From: Zancudomyces culisetae HAW-14-8
Lineage: Eukaryota; Fungi; Kickxellomycota
Direction of reading: 5' to 3'
Assembly: GCA_052426225.1 (NCBI GenBank)
Contig: JBNJNM010000011.1
Coordinates: 3,658,001-3,722,000, forward strand
DNA: 64,000 nucleotides
In this document: positions 23,121 to 36,800 of the stretch, piece after piece
How the letters are laid out: each line of letters begins with the position of its first letter
Position numbering within the stretch: position 1 is the first letter of the stretch
The notes under the pieces: model-generated
Databases searched by the model: none
The model's input: the letters and a program-made list of their open reading frames with translations, nothing else
Told to the model about the DNA's origin: nothing
Position numbers and translations under genes: made by a program

Positions 23121-25763
23121 TTAAGATAGAGCTTTTTTCATTTTCAACAACTTATTTTCCAATACCAGCCGCTGGTTTTCAGAATCCACAAACTGAGAAT
23201 TGCTTTTCAGTAGAGTTGCTTCAAGATAATCAATCTTTTCAAGAGCAGATTCATGTTGGACAGTCAGCTCAAGGTTTTTATGAGCCAAAGTATCCATTTC
23301 AACTCTCAAACTATCTTCAGCCAACCTACGCTCAGTCAACAGTGATTGGTTGAGTTGATCAATACGAGAATTCAGAGCAGCAATTGTATCATTAGCTTTC
23401 TGAAGGTCTAGTTTACAATTAATGTACTGAGAGGACAGGTCAGAATGCTCGGTGGAAAGAGATTGTAGAGTAGCTAGCATTTGAGAGTTTTCACGAAGAA
23501 TGCGGGCATTTTCGGCTTTGAGAGCAGAAATGGTGTCGGAAATTTTATCAGCCTTAGCCAAGACAGCAGCGTGGTCACGAGCAAGCTTAGCAAGCCGTTT
23601 GGTGGTAACAACAGTGATGTGGTTGAGATCGGCCAACAAAAAGTCGTCGGGTTGTTGAGCATAATAAGTAAATAGAGAACCATCACTGAGATACTTGACA
23701 AGAGACTCGAATCGCAAAGTTAGCAAAGTTGGCTGAGCACGTTTAAGAACAGCAAGAGCAATTTGTAGGAGAACGTCAGCGCCTTCGCAAAAGACCAAAT
23801 CAAAGACACGAAGAGCTAGCGACATAGGAAGGCAGCAAGCAAACAGGGTCATAAACCACTGCGAAGAATACATCGAGCTCTGGATTCCTTCGCGAGTAAA
23901 ATGTTTAGCCAGCAGCGGCATGGTTTCCTCAATCAGCCTGTCAAGCTGAAACATCCGACACTGCAAAAGCTCCATTTTGGTAATGTAGTGACCACGCAGC
24001 TGATAGTGGTTCATCAGTCGCTCCAACACCACAAACGCCTGTTCCTCGGGCATGTTCAGCAGCAGCGGCGCCACCAGAAACGCCATTCCCTGGCAGTAAC
24101 CCAGATCTTGGTCGTGCAGCGAATACGCCTTCAGCACATTGAACAACGCCTCCTGCCCTGGCTCCTTTGGATCTTGAAAATACCTCTCGCCTGGAAATGT
24201 CCGACACACATCCCGACTAATCAGCTTTTCGTTGCGCGATGGCTGCGGAAGCTGTCGTCGATATTCATCAATCAGCCCTGTGTTGCGGCTAGCTCCGCTC
24301 AGAATCTGCCACACTGTGCCGCGGATTTCGCTGGGAATGCCGCTATGCACGTTGCGCACCACCTTGGCCGAGTCCCGCTTGACCAATCCATGGTAATCTG
24401 ATATCAGCTCGCCCCAAAACTCCCAGTCCACCCCATCCATCGTGCCGCTCTCTACTGATGTGAGCCGCTTCGCCTCTACCAAATTCCGCTTTTCTTCAAA
24501 CATCTGCATCTTGGGATCTTGTTGCAGATTCAAATTCTGTTCCTCCAGCTGCTTCAGCAACAATGTCACCGACGCTGTATTTGCTGCCCCTTCCCCTTCT
24601 TCTGCTATATATTCTGATACACTTCTTTTTCCCGAAATCCACTCCCCAATGCTTCCAAACACCGTCCCACTTCCTGGACTCACTGCCCCATTCCCTGCCA
24701 CTGTCTCTGATCCCACAGCTGCCTCATTCTTTCCAAATAACGTCTTGAAGAACCCTGTTGTTTTTTTCGTACTCTCTGCCACTTGGCTCACCCCATTGCT
24801 GTTATTGATAGTACTACTACTCATACTGCCATTCACCTGTACCTGCTTCACTCCTGAATCCCCTTGTTCTTGCATACTACTTTTCAGTGTTCCTCCCGAT
24901 CCACTTCTGCTACCCCTCACTCTTACCTCGCTTCTTCTTTCCTCCTCGATTACTATTGTTTTCAGCGGTATTGCTCCCTTTCTTGCCTCGGCCTCTTCTC
25001 TCCCCGATGCCTCTTCATTCATCTTTACTGCCTCAAACCCTCTTCGCAACATCTGCATCTTTATATCCTCCTTTTCTTCGACAACCCCTGCACTTTTCGG
25101 TGCGTCTCCTCCTTTCTGCTCCCCATTCACTTTATTTAACTTCAACGCTCGTGCATTTATCTCTCTTTTCTCCCGAATCTTCCCGTGGATTCTCCTAAAT
25201 TCTGAATCTGTACTCTTTTTCCGCAGTATTCTTTTTTCTTCAAAGCTTTTGTGTCGACTATCGGTACTTTTACGTTCCAGCACCACTTCTGCATTCATTT
25301 TTGGTGTTTCTTGATTGACTTTCTCTCTAGATTCCACCGGGTTTTCTTGTGTTTCAACTAGTGGTATTGTATCCATTGCTGTCACATCCTGCTCCTTTTC
25401 TTTGACGTTTGCCATCTGATTGATACCATTTAGCTTCTCTTCCTTTTCTTTGTCCTTTGCCTTCTTTCCCTTTTTCTTTTCCTTCTTGGTTTCCTCAACT
25501 ATTATTGTTTTCTGTTCATTCTCATTCTCCTCTCTCTTTTCTTCCTCTTTTTCCTCTTCCTTTGACGTCTCTACTTGTTTCTTTTCCTCTTCTTCTTGTT
25601 CTTTTTCTTCCTTTTCTTGAACTTTCCTGCCCACTTGTTCTTCAATTGGCATGCTAGAATTTCTCTCGTTTTTCATACTTTCTGTATTTCTCTTTTCTGC
25701 TTTTACTGCCGCCTGTCTTCTGGCTTTCCTTATTTTCTCTATATTTTCTTCTATATTTGTCAT
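23121..25763 (-). CDS. TBC-domain Rab GTPase-activating protein (Gyp5/EVI5-like), 880 aa
   Basis: DWEFWG, GIPSEIRGTVWQ, ISRDVCRTFP (Arg finger), GYCQGM (Gln finger), SSQWFMTLF and a C-terminal coiled coil. Confidence 0.93.
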   Translation of the reverse strand: MTNIEENIEKIRKARRQAAVKAEKRNTESMKNERNSSMPIEEQVGRKVQEKEEKEQEEEEKKQVETSKEEEKEEEKREENENEQKTIIVEETKKEKKKGKKAKDKEKEEKLNGINQMANVKEKEQDVTAMDTIPLVETQENPVESREKVNQETPKMNAEVVLERKSTDSRHKSFEEKRILRKKSTDSEFRRIHGKIREKREINARALKLNKVNGEQKGGDAPKSAGVVEEKEDIKMQMLRRGFEAVKMNEEASGREEAEARKGAIPLKTIVIEEERRSEVRVRGSRSGSGGTLKSSMQEQGDSGVKQVQVNGSMSSSTINNSNGVSQVAESTKKTTGFFKTLFGKNEAAVGSETVAGNGAVSPGSGTVFGSIGEWISGKRSVSEYIAEEGEGAANTASVTLLLKQLEEQNLNLQQDPKMQMFEEKRNLVEAKRLTSVESGTMDGVDWEFWGELISDYHGLVKRDSAKVVRNVHSGIPSEIRGTVWQILSGASRNTGLIDEYRRQLPQPSRNEKLISRDVCRTFPGERYFQDPKEPGQEALFNVLKAYSLHDQDLGYCQGMAFLVAPLLLNMPEEQAFVVLERLMNHYQLRGHYITKMELLQCRMFQLDRLIEETMPLLAKHFTREGIQSSMYSSQWFMTLFACCLPMSLALRVFDLVFCEGADVLLQIALAVLKRAQPTLLTLRFESLVKYLSDGSLFTYYAQQPDDFLLADLNHITVVTTKRLAKLARDHAAVLAKADKISDTISALKAENARILRENSQMLATLQSLSTEHSDLSSQYINCKLDLQKANDTIAALNSRIDQLNQSLLTERRLAEDSLRVEMDTLAHKNLELTVQHESALEKIDYLEATLLKSNSQFVDSENQRLVLENKLLKMKKALS

Positions 25764-27893
25764 TTTTCCTTTCCTCTTTTACTATTGTTACTATACTTCT
25801 CTATACTGCTATTCCCTGACTTTGTTTATCTTTTGCACTCGTTGGTTTTCAACGACTTTAAATTGCAGGACACACCAAGTGCTAAAATTACTGTGGCTAT
25901 ACAAAAAGTGTGATTATTTTCTACGTTGTCCTTATTGTTTTTATTACTTTTATTGTTTGTGTTTGTATTCTTATTTTGTATTCTCGCTTATTCACCGCAC
26001 TAGGCTTTTTTACCTTTTTTTTCAATCCAAAAAAAAAAAACAAACGATAAATTATAAATTATAAAATCTGTCAATATATTCTATGTTTTTTTTTAGCTAT
26101 CTATCCCTTCTATTTTTTACCTCTAGCCTATATTGACCTCTTCCACTCATAAACCCAAAAATAAATAATTTATGCTGTTAATTATAGTCTCTTTTCTTTA
26201 ATTCTTTTAGAGTAGATTTTGTGTTTTAATTTACTTTAAAATTACCAATATCATGTCATTCAAATTGATTTTTTTTGTGATTTTTTTTGTGATTTTCATT
26301 TTCATTTTCTCTTTTTAATCTTCAAATCATTTAATAAACTAATGCTTATTTTTTTATACAACCTGCCCATACAAAAAAAGTATTAAAAAAATTTTTTTAT
26401 TTGACTTTTCCTAATTTTTATCTAATACAATTTTGTTTTATTTTGTTTGGATTCGTTTTGTTATGTTTTTGTTATTTTTAATTTTGAGTTTTCCACACAT
26501 TAAAAGTATATAATCTTTGAAAAGATATTTGTCAAACAAAGTAAAAAACATTAACTACAAAATACAAAATACAAAATACAAAAATAAAATAACACCGTCT
26601 CGGATTTGTATATGCTTTATCCATCAGTTAAAATTTTTTGTCCTTTCTCAAACCAAACCAAAATTAAATCATTAGTTTTTAATTTATTGTATATTTTCTG
26701 TGCTATTTTTGTTTTTTCCTTTTGCTCTCTCATCAACCCCACCCTCCACTCTTTGCCATACTTTTCATCCATCTGTTGGTAATTTTTATCTTTTGTCAGT
26801 TTAACTGATTAATTCAATATATTTTATTATTGTTATTTATTATTTTTTAATACATATTTCCCAAATACTTGCTGCAAGTCCTATGATTCGAAACATTCAT
26901 TATTATTTTCTTTTACCAATTTTTGTCATTTTGCCACTTTACAAATTAAATCTATTCTAACTCTCGTGCTATTTTTTTTCTTGAGAAAAAAAAAGTTGAA
27001 TTTACAACCCAACATTTTGCGACATCAATTTTTTTCTTTTTCTTTTACTTTTCCATAATACATTACACAACTTTTTAGATAAACCAAAATGACAAAATAC
27101 AAACCAAAATACTTGTATATTACACACGCTTCATTTCCCCTCTCCTCCTCCACGATCCATTCAACTCTATAGTCAGTTAATATAAATCATCCAATACAAG
27201 CTCATTTCCAAATTTCCCATCCTACTCCACTTCTTCCTCTTCCTTTCCTTCTTCCCTCCCCACCTCCCTTTGTAATATTCCAGTATTGGACACTGACAAG
27301 ATTTTCAACATATGTTTGGGGTTAGGTTTGAATTTTTTTTTGGGGGGGGGTTTGGGTTTTTGTGTCACGTTTTCTAATTATCAAATATTGTTTTCATTGC
27401 ACATTTGGTTAGTAACAATATCAAATTTTATTCTTGAATCCTCTCCATCATGAAGAGTTTATACAAATATTGATAATCGAGTTACCAAGAAAATCTCTAA
27501 TGCTTGAAATTGGGATGTATCTAAAGCCCACAATTTCCAATATTCATGTACATTTTTGTGTATATTGATATTGGCGTGTTTATTTTTGGAAATCACTCTT
27601 TTATATTTATCCCGGGTCTAATACACAACTACTCTATAAGCTCTTTGCTTTAAAATTGTAATATTCTTCTTGGTTTAATCAACATACAACATTTATTTGG
27701 AAAAATAAATCATAGTAATAAGTTGTGAATGGTTAAATTAAACTAAATTAAATTAAATTACGGTCTCAATTTCAATTAGAGTACAAATAAAACTAAATGG
27801 ATAAATAAACTCCTCTCCTCTCCTCTCCACGCCCACGCCCACGCCCACTCCCACTCCCATCCTCTAGCACTTTACATTGTGCAGCTACACTGA

Positions 27894-30795
27894 TCAGCTG
27901 TAGCTACTCAAATCTGCTATAGTTTGGCTAAGTCTTTCAATCTGCGCAAGATATTTCGATATTAATTCCTTGGTAAACATTGTATAGTTTAAAAACCGAT
28001 TATTAATATCGAGGTTTTCATTTACCAATCTGTGATTTAAAGACACCGAGTTATTTAGCTTCATTTTGGTGATCCGGTATTCGTTATGTAGAGTTTGTAA
28101 TGACTGCAAAACCCTAAAATGGTCACTACTACTAATACCATTACTACCATTACCACCACTACCATTAATACTATTATTGTTAACATTTTCACTTTCACTT
28201 TTACTGTTGGCTCCGCATTCATCCTTTTGAATATATTTCTTAAATATATCCTTGTTTGTCGCATACATATTCATATCCTTATCTATAACACGCTGTCGAT
28301 CAAATAAATTACCATTAGCGTATACAGAAATGGGTAATTGTGGTTCTGGCTGCGAATCTTTTATTATTGTACTAATATCTACATGTTTGTGACAAAGTGT
28401 ACTGGTATCATCATTATCAAAATCCTCACCATAATTTTTAAATCCGTAAATATCCTCATCCTTTCCCTCAATCTTGGTGTGATCAGAATGCTCGTTTCTA
28501 GCATTAGAGCTTTGATCATGATATCCATAAATGTAATCCATGTAACTTTTACTGTTGAAATCATTATACTCACCAACCTCAATATCCATCTCAGATCCAC
28601 CACCACCACCACTACTATCATTATCACTATCAGAATTATCGGATCCTAGAAAATCATTTCTTCTACTGTCATAGATCCCCATATTTCTTTTACCAGAACT
28701 TATAGTTTGAACTCCCTCCTCCGGAATTGTGGGCAATAGCCACTCCTTCAAATCATATACTTTGAATTTTTCTCTGTTATTTCGAAGCTTTCGCTTATTT
28801 CTACTCCAGTTTCGTTTCTGACTTTGATATATACCCGCAACACCGCTATCCTGTGACGAATGATAATCATCTTGTATATCGTTCCTGTTTGAATCACTTA
28901 CGACGTAGTCTAGTCTTTGAGAAGACATTAAGGAGGATTTATGTGTTTTGCTACCAGTATTTTTATCGGATTGGGTCCTGTTCTTCATAAACTCACCAAT
29001 CCGATCAATATCTCGAACTATCAGAAAATCGCTCCTATTAAACTCTGACGCTTTTCTAGATAGCCCACCAACATACTTATACTCTTCGCTATTCAAAAAA
29101 GAATCGTATTCATCATCCACACTATCATTCTCTATGTGTGCAGAATCATCATACTCATGTACTGAAGCGCCTTGGGAATATCTAGAAGTATCTTGCAGCT
29201 CTCGTAATGGAACTAGGTGCGACCTCCTAATATAGAATGTACTAATACCATCTTGTGGTACTCCATGAGTCTTCGGACCACAGCTCTGTTCCCAGTATTT
29301 CGGCTCAAATGCTGTTATTATTGACGATTCTGATAATTCGGACGTAACTGAGGTCACTGACATGGTTGAAGTAGCGGAAAGTGACGACGAAGCACTTAAT
29401 TTTCTCAGTTTGTCATTTTCATATTTATCGCCATCGCCACCACCATGTTTACGATAGATATCGTCATCAATATAAAAATCGCTAGTACTCGCCCCACTAC
29501 TTCTATGCATAAGATCTGAAAAGTACTCATCAATGAGCTTATCAATCTTTCCGCCAGTGCTAAAGTCGTTATGATAATATTCATCAAAACTTTTCATCAC
29601 GCTTTGTACATCTTCATCTACATCCGCATCTGTATCCTTCCCAGCACCCATAAGAATATTTTTTGTACTGCTTGGTTCTACACACGTTTTCAAATTATCC
29701 TCATCATACTCATCAAGAATACCTTCTAGTTCTTTTTGCTGTTCCTGTTCCTGTTTTTGTTGTTCCTGTTGTTGTTCCTGTTGTTGTTGATGATGTTGTT
29801 TTTCAGTATCAATATACTTGAAATCACCAAAATCTTTATAAGTAAATTTAGGATCCATATTATCGACAGTTGCAGTGGGGGCGGAGGATAATGATGGAGA
29901 ATAATCCAGGCCTAAATCCGAATCCTTTCCAAGTTTTGTGTCTATATCCAATAACGGTGGCTCTTGCTTCTGTCCTTGGTCGAAATCGCGATGATGTGGG
30001 ATGATGAGGTTATGACTATCACTAAACGGATTGTGCTCTTGCTCAACTTGTACATTTGCAACTCTTACCACGTTATTGAAATTCATTGGGAAAATTGCAT
30101 ATTTTGATGCCATAGTATTACTCATTTGTCTTTGGGCACGTGGTATTTCCAGCACTTTAGGCTTTTTTTTGAATAAAATATGGGTTATTATATACTTTTT
30201 TATGGTAAACTACGGGCGTGAACGGTTGAGAACCAATAACAGCTCTGGTATTTACGCTACCAACTCCATTCACACCAGGGACATCGTTTATACTAGAAAA
30301 CCCATTGATATTGCCACCGCTAGTACTAATATCTTCACTCTTGAGTGAATGGGTACGGCTACCATAATTCCCGTTGCTACCACTGAGGTTTATGATATCT
30401 GTATCAAGGTTGTCACAATTATATTCGTTTATATCATTAAATTCAATACTATTATTAGTGTTATTTAGAAGGATAGAGCTCTCAAATCCAGTGCCAAAAT
30501 TACCAAGTTGATACTTCACTGCTCGTTTATTTGTGTGCGTAGGATAGATACCACTTGATGAATTAATAGTTGCTACACCGCCCTTTACGAGGTTTGAGGT
30601 AGGTTTTATGTTTGAATGTTGATCCACATTTTGTTTTTGATGCTGTGCTTGTTGTCTTTTCTGGTGTCGTGCTTTACTACCTCCACCGATGCTTTTGCTT
30701 TTTCTGTTTGACCTATTTTTTTTCGCCCCTTTTGGCATCTTTCTTTTTTTTAAATATTCTTTTCTTTTCAAGTATATCCTTTTCAATTTACACAA
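27894..30795 (-). CDS. Unknown low-complexity protein with C-terminal coiled coil, split into ORFs 30795-30157 and 30155-27894 by a single-base frameshift (about 966 aa if fused)
   Basis: Two long abutting ORFs of similar composition. Removing one A from the A8 run (plus-strand T8 at 30163-30170) gives continuous ...FIQKKPKVLEIPRAQ... Confidence 0.62.
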
Positions 30796-31519
30796 TAATA
30801 AAAGATGTATTTACGATGTTATTCTTATATACAATAAGCATTAAAGTAAAAGTTCAACTATGTTTGTTTTAAAGTGATACCAGAATGGGAGAACAGGGTT
30901 GATGAATGCCATTTTAATAATTGCAGCCAGAAAATACTAGATAAGTCTAACGGGAGTGAATTGTGCGTTTACCAGTAAAATAAGGCGCTTTCGATGAAAG
31001 AAAGCGTAGTGAGGGGAGAGGGGTATAGGGGGGGGGGTGGCTAGCAAAAATAAATATACGTTTGGAAGGAGTAAATGGTGAGGAGTGGGGATGATGTGCG
31101 AATTATTCTTGATTTTCTGGGTAAATAGAAATCGGATTTAGGCATATGATCGCTCATCGTGAAATGTGCACAAACAAATCGACAAATCCTGGACAAACAA
31201 AGAATAAGAAACAAAATGGTAAAATGGATTCCGCCACAGAGATGGATGAGCTTAATTTGCTCGGGAGACCAGCAATTCATGCTATGGATAAGGTACCTTT
31301 GGTTACTGGGTATTTATTTTTACTAGACAAATGAAATAAAATAATAGAAAATAAAATAAAAAGCAAAAAGAGTTTAATATGGCCCTATCAGAGAAAATGC
31401 CGCAACAATACTACTGGACCACTATAAAAAGGAACGCTAAAAAACTGAGCTAAAAGCAAATGAGAAGAAAAGCGTGAAAAGAGGAAAGGGGGGGGGGGGG
31501 GGAGAGAGAGCAAACGAGA

Positions 31520-33353
31520 TCAATTCCTCTTTTTCACTTGGGAATCAGATTTATCATTGCTACTACTGACAGCACTGGCCTTTGAAAGAGAAGATGATGA
31601 GGCAGGGTGAGATTTGAGCTGCTTGTCTTTGGTACCAGCTTTAGTGGGTGTGGCTGAAGTCGATTTACCAACCAGGAAAATGAACGTGATAAGAAGAAAT
31701 CCAACTGCCAGTAGGATAAATGAAAGATAGTATGGGTATGCTTGAGATAGGAATCTGGGGAACTCGTCGTGTCTGAGAGGGTGGAATGCAATTACATCCA
31801 AGTCATCAATAAAAGTTAGACCAGGTCGCCTATAATCAACATTGAATTTAAAGACACCATATTTCTGTGGTAGTTTCACAGAAATCGAATAATTAGCAGC
31901 TGATTTAGATAGCGATGGTGATATTTCTGGTGAGCGGACCAGGTTTTTTCGAATGTATGGATCTAACATGATTATTTGCAGCTGGACTTGATCACTTTTT
32001 TCGCTCTTGCTATCAATTGGCAGCTCAAAAGGAACCCATGTTTTGTTTTTTAATTCGGAAAGTAGAATGGAATAGGTTACTTGGTCCCCAACTCGGTAGT
32101 GTTCTGGACGTTTTCCAGATGGGTCGGACGTAAGATGGTGGTTTGATGAAACTACTTTGACGACTCCGCTTTTTTGAAACACCCAATCAGTCACTTCTCT
32201 CGTGAATTCTTTATTCCCAACACTTGTCTTTCCATCAATTTTGTGGCTAAAATATTTGTCTGAAAACATATCTAGACTTCCAAAGAATGCAACGCGAGCA
32301 TTGTTTTTTGCTTGGAAGGCACTGACCAAATGTATATTCGAACCAGCTGCAGTAGACAATGAATCACCTCTTAGCACCTGATTCTCGCTGTGACGACCAT
32401 AGTTATTTTCTGACAATAGAAATGAGGACTTGGAGCCACTCAATATAGGAATCAACAGCGGGTTGACACTATCCTCCTCTTTTTTATCCATGCTGCGGTA
32501 AATGTGTCCAATTCCATTACCATACAATACTGGGTTTAGTTTCTTTTTCGAGGCTGAATTGGTATTCGCGGATGGCAAAATGTACTTGTTGTTAATAAAG
32601 TTACTAGAGTAGAATATATCTTTATTATCATTGCCTTTGCTTGAATCTATTGGTGAGGATTGTGCATTTTCGACAAAATCTATGACCTTGTCTCCAGAAT
32701 TCTGAAACTCTACACCAAACTGGTGTGCCAATTTCCGATTAAATTTCGAGATTCGGTTGTCTGCAGCCAAAATCAGATTACCTCCAATATTAACGTAATC
32801 GATGAAGCTTTGAACCTTTAACTTGTCACCATACTTTTTACATTTTGGGCACAATATCAAGACATTGTCGTATAATTTCTCGCCATGTTTAACCAATTCT
32901 ATATCCTCCATATCATATGGCTTAATATCCACATCACCATGCTCTATACATTTTAGTACATACATGAAGGGGTGTTTTAGTTTGATTTACAGCGCACAAG
33001 TTTGAACTTTAACAAAGAATAATGGCAATCTGAATAAGCCTTTTTTTAAAATGACAAAAAAGAAAAAGAGTAGGAAACAACTTACGGTCAAATAGATATT
33101 CAATTATACCAGAGTACTCGGTGTAAAGGTGAACATCGGGCAAGATAATAAGAAGCGATAGGCTTTTCTTAGTGGCAGCGGAAGTTCCTACCTTATTGTT
33201 GGCAACCTCTTCCTTGCTTTTGGAATTATCGCTTGATACTGCAGCCTGTTGACTATTTTGATCTTCAGAGGCAAAAGATGAGGCAAGCATGAGCAGAAGC
33301 ATCGAAAAGATCAGTAACAATTTCACTCGAAATGAGGATGTAGGTTTCAACAT
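31520..33353 (-). CDS. WBP1: Oligosaccharyltransferase subunit Wbp1/OST48; exons 33353-33086, 32943-31520 (563 aa)
   Basis: Signal peptide; GEKLYDNVLI, GGNLIL, QAKNNARV, GSLDMFSD, MLDPYIR, GVFKFNVDYRRPG and PLRHDEFPRFL motifs; C-terminal TM and KKRN dilysine ER-retrieval signal. Intron 32944-33085 is GTAAGT...TAG. Confidence 0.95.
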
Positions 33354-33815
33354 TTTGCCGATTGTTTTGTCGTTTTCGATCTACAGAAAAAGATAAATCG
33401 GAAAAACGAAATAGAGTCCAAGCTAGGTCAAGCGAATCTGAGTGAGATATGCTTTTACTTATAGAAAAAAAAAATATGAATATATAAATTTTTGTAAATG
33501 TGTAAATAGATGAAATGTGTAGTCTTGGTTATTAGTGGCTCGGTTTTGTTCGTTTTCTTTGTTTAGAGCCAAAAATAAGCCTAGGAAAAAAAACAAAACA
33601 AAAAAGCAAAGTAATGAGTATCATCTCCACCTTGTCTCTCATCTCCGCAAACCCATAACGTAATTGGAATAGAAAAATCGATACGCTGCTAATTTTTGTA
33701 ATGCGTTTTCGTTAACCATTTGCTGAAATAGAAAAAAAGTAATATTGATGATAATATAAAAAAAGCATGAATGAAGAACATCGCTAAAAACAAACCACTA
33801 CATGTATAAAAGGAT

Positions 33816-36800
33816 TTAGAACCAATTATTGTTCAAAAGCTTTCTTTTGACCAAAGGGGTAACTATCACACAGGCAATTGCAAGACCAATTGTCGTGAGA
33901 ACCAGGTTAGACTTGCTGAACGATGGTCCCAACTGGTCAAATGAACCACTTGGTCGCTGTTGTGTTACAAAGACATCAAGGTCACCATATGCAACCACGA
34001 GGCAAGTGCTTTCGAGTTTTGTGTGAGTAGACACAATGTGTGAAATGCTCTTTAGATCCACTGAATATGAGATCATCTGCTTTGGAGAAATGGAAAGGAT
34101 TGGGACAGCAGCAGGAATTCCCTGGCTTAGTGGCTGGTCGGAGGAAGATGATGCTTTGGTAGACTGTGGACGTCTTGGATCGACTTGAATGTAGGGAATT
34201 GAAACCAAAGGTTGGTTTTTCAGCGACAAAAGTATATCTTGTAGGGTAATGTGACTGTGTGAAGTGGTTAGACCCAAAGCAGTTGGTTGGTCAGGCAAGA
34301 TGAATGATTGAGAAGCCACGAATGGAACAAAGTCGTCGTAGCCACTGAATGAATCGGTAGTTGAGTGAAGCGTATCCGGCTTATCTGATTCAAACATTTC
34401 AAATGTGGTAAGAATCCAGTTACCAACCTTATCGTTATTTGTATCTTTGGTGTAATGATAGTAAACACCCCAGTTTTCTGTCAGCACCAATCCTGTTGAT
34501 CTGGTGAGATCGGCATTGGGGTGAGTTGCTCGATGCAAAATGCGACCGCTTACTTTATCCACAACGTACAGAGTCAATGTATTTTCACTCTCTGAACCTG
34601 CCAACACAGCGAGTACATTTGGATTGAGATACTTGTAAACCACTTGTCTGTTTGCCAATGCCTTTCCGATGCTTGCAACTGTCAAATCAGCTGCCAATCC
34701 AGCGGTATGCAATACCTGGCTGTTTGATTTACCAAGATCCAATGTCCACATCTTTGGTAATGTATGAATGTCGTCCTGACCACCGATTTTATATCCAACA
34801 AGTTGTGTACTTCCTGGCTCATCTCCATCAACAACCACGGCTACAAGTTTGTCGTTGGCTGCTTCAACAGTCGCTGCTGTCGTTGCGCTGATCGTAGGCC
34901 AGTAGTCTGCTGTGTTTTTCTTGCTATCCACCAAAACAATAATCTTCTGCTCGGTTTCTGGTTCCACAATGTTGGTTTCCAACACCTTTTTGGCCAAATA
35001 GTTCATCTTTTTGCTCAGTCGGAAAACTATTTTACCGGTCATCCCCTCCATTGTTACGACTACTGTCTTTTTTTTCCCACTCGATTCGGTTACTTGCCCA
35101 ATAACCACAACCAGTGCACCCTTTTTTTCGGTCTGTTCGCGTGTTACATAGATTGCTGTTGGCTCAATCCAGTCCTGTTGAGTCGTGGAAGATGCTGATG
35201 ATTCCATTCCATCTAATTCATCAACTTCACTGAGGCGCAGTTGTCTTTCCCAAACTGTTTCTCCCCCAACGGTGTCTATTGCACCTACGTATCCACCCTT
35301 TGCTATGAACACTGCAAGCTTGCTAATTCCAAATTTAACTGCCTTATCTTCTGACTTGAACGTGCTTTGAATCATATTGGTTACAGTTAGTTCCGACAAA
35401 TGTCGCTTGTACCGTGCAAACATATTTGTTATCCATCCGTTTTTCATGTGATCATCAAATCCCGCAAGTTTGCTACTCTTGGCTATCTCCTTGTTAACAA
35501 ATGCTACGCCTACTGCACCAGTCAGCACTTCATCTCGACACCACAGCTGTTGTGCTTCCTTTCCGTGATTTCCTTCGTACATGCACATAACTCCATCGCT
35601 TGTCACTGTCAGGACTTTGCTTGCACCTCCTTTTCCTCCTGCTTCACCTCCTTTTGTGGACACCACAACTGCTTGTTCGATATTTCCCCTTTTGCTGTTG
35701 CTCTTAATAGTCTTGATCTCTTGTCCAGTAGTATCTTCTTCGCTAAACTCAATTACTTTATATTGTACCTTGTTGTCTTTTCGTGGTATTATTGATACCA
35801 ATTGCCCCTCTGAGTTTACTGTGATATGTTTTCGCTGGAAAAGTGGTTTTGACGTACGGATTTCCGTTACTTTGTTGAAATCCACCATACCTTCCACATT
35901 TTCCTCAAGCCTTGCTACAACCAATTTGTGTCTGCTTCCAAAGCTATAGCTCAATCCAATATATGATACCCTTTCGTCAACATCAATTCCAAAGATCTTT
36001 GAAGTCATCATCATATCTGGCATAAGTTCCAATTGGAATATCTTGGCATGGTATATCTCGTGTGAAACCTTATCGTTACCTAATCGGTGGGTGTTCCATA
36101 TGATGTTTTTGTCAGGTCGCCACACCAGATAGCTCGAAGTTTTGCTTCCCCTTCCTTCGCCTTCTCCTCCACTCAAGATGGCCAAATCTTCGCTGTCCAA
36201 ACTCTGCCCAACGGCTGCCAAGTAGCTCTTTTTCTTTTCTCCATTCCTTGCACTCAGTTCAACCACTCTGATTCCCGTTTTTCCTACTGATTCATCACCA
36301 AGAACGAATATCGCATCTTTGTTTTGTACCATCCGTTTGAATACCACTGAAATGTGTTCTTCAGACTCATATCTCCACTGGATTTCTCCCGTATCGACAT
36401 CCAACCGCAATACACTGCTGCCAAGCAACACAATTAATCTTTTGTTTGTGTCGCCCTCAGATTTCTGTTTTTCCTCTTGAGTTTTCTTCTCTAGTGCACT
36501 ATAAAGTATATCTGCACCCCAACGCGATTTTCCGCTGGATTCTGTGTGTTCCCATTTAAGTGCACCCGTCCTTGAGTTCCACATTCTAATTGTCTTTTCC
36601 TGTTTTCCATCTTGTTTTGATCCACCTGAAATACTCAGAACGTCTGTTCCCACATATTTGATCACTTTGATTACGTCGTTGCTTTCAAACACTTGTCTCC
36701 AGTTTAGTTTGCCGGATTCTGGGTCCAAACTTGCTAAGACATTCTTTTCAGTTGCCACAATCAATCCACCATCGGCACCGACACTAGCACCGGCACTCGC

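Noticed and set aside
24442-25314. 290-aa plus-strand ORF and many similar antisense ORFs (e.g. 39853-40620, 57678-58337)
   Set aside because: Shadow frames of real genes, caused by codon bias and low-complexity sequence.
27894-30795. Ornithine decarboxylase antizyme as the explanation for the +1 frameshift
   Set aside because: No antizyme domain, ORF2 is far too long, and the site is not the usual xCx-UGA context.
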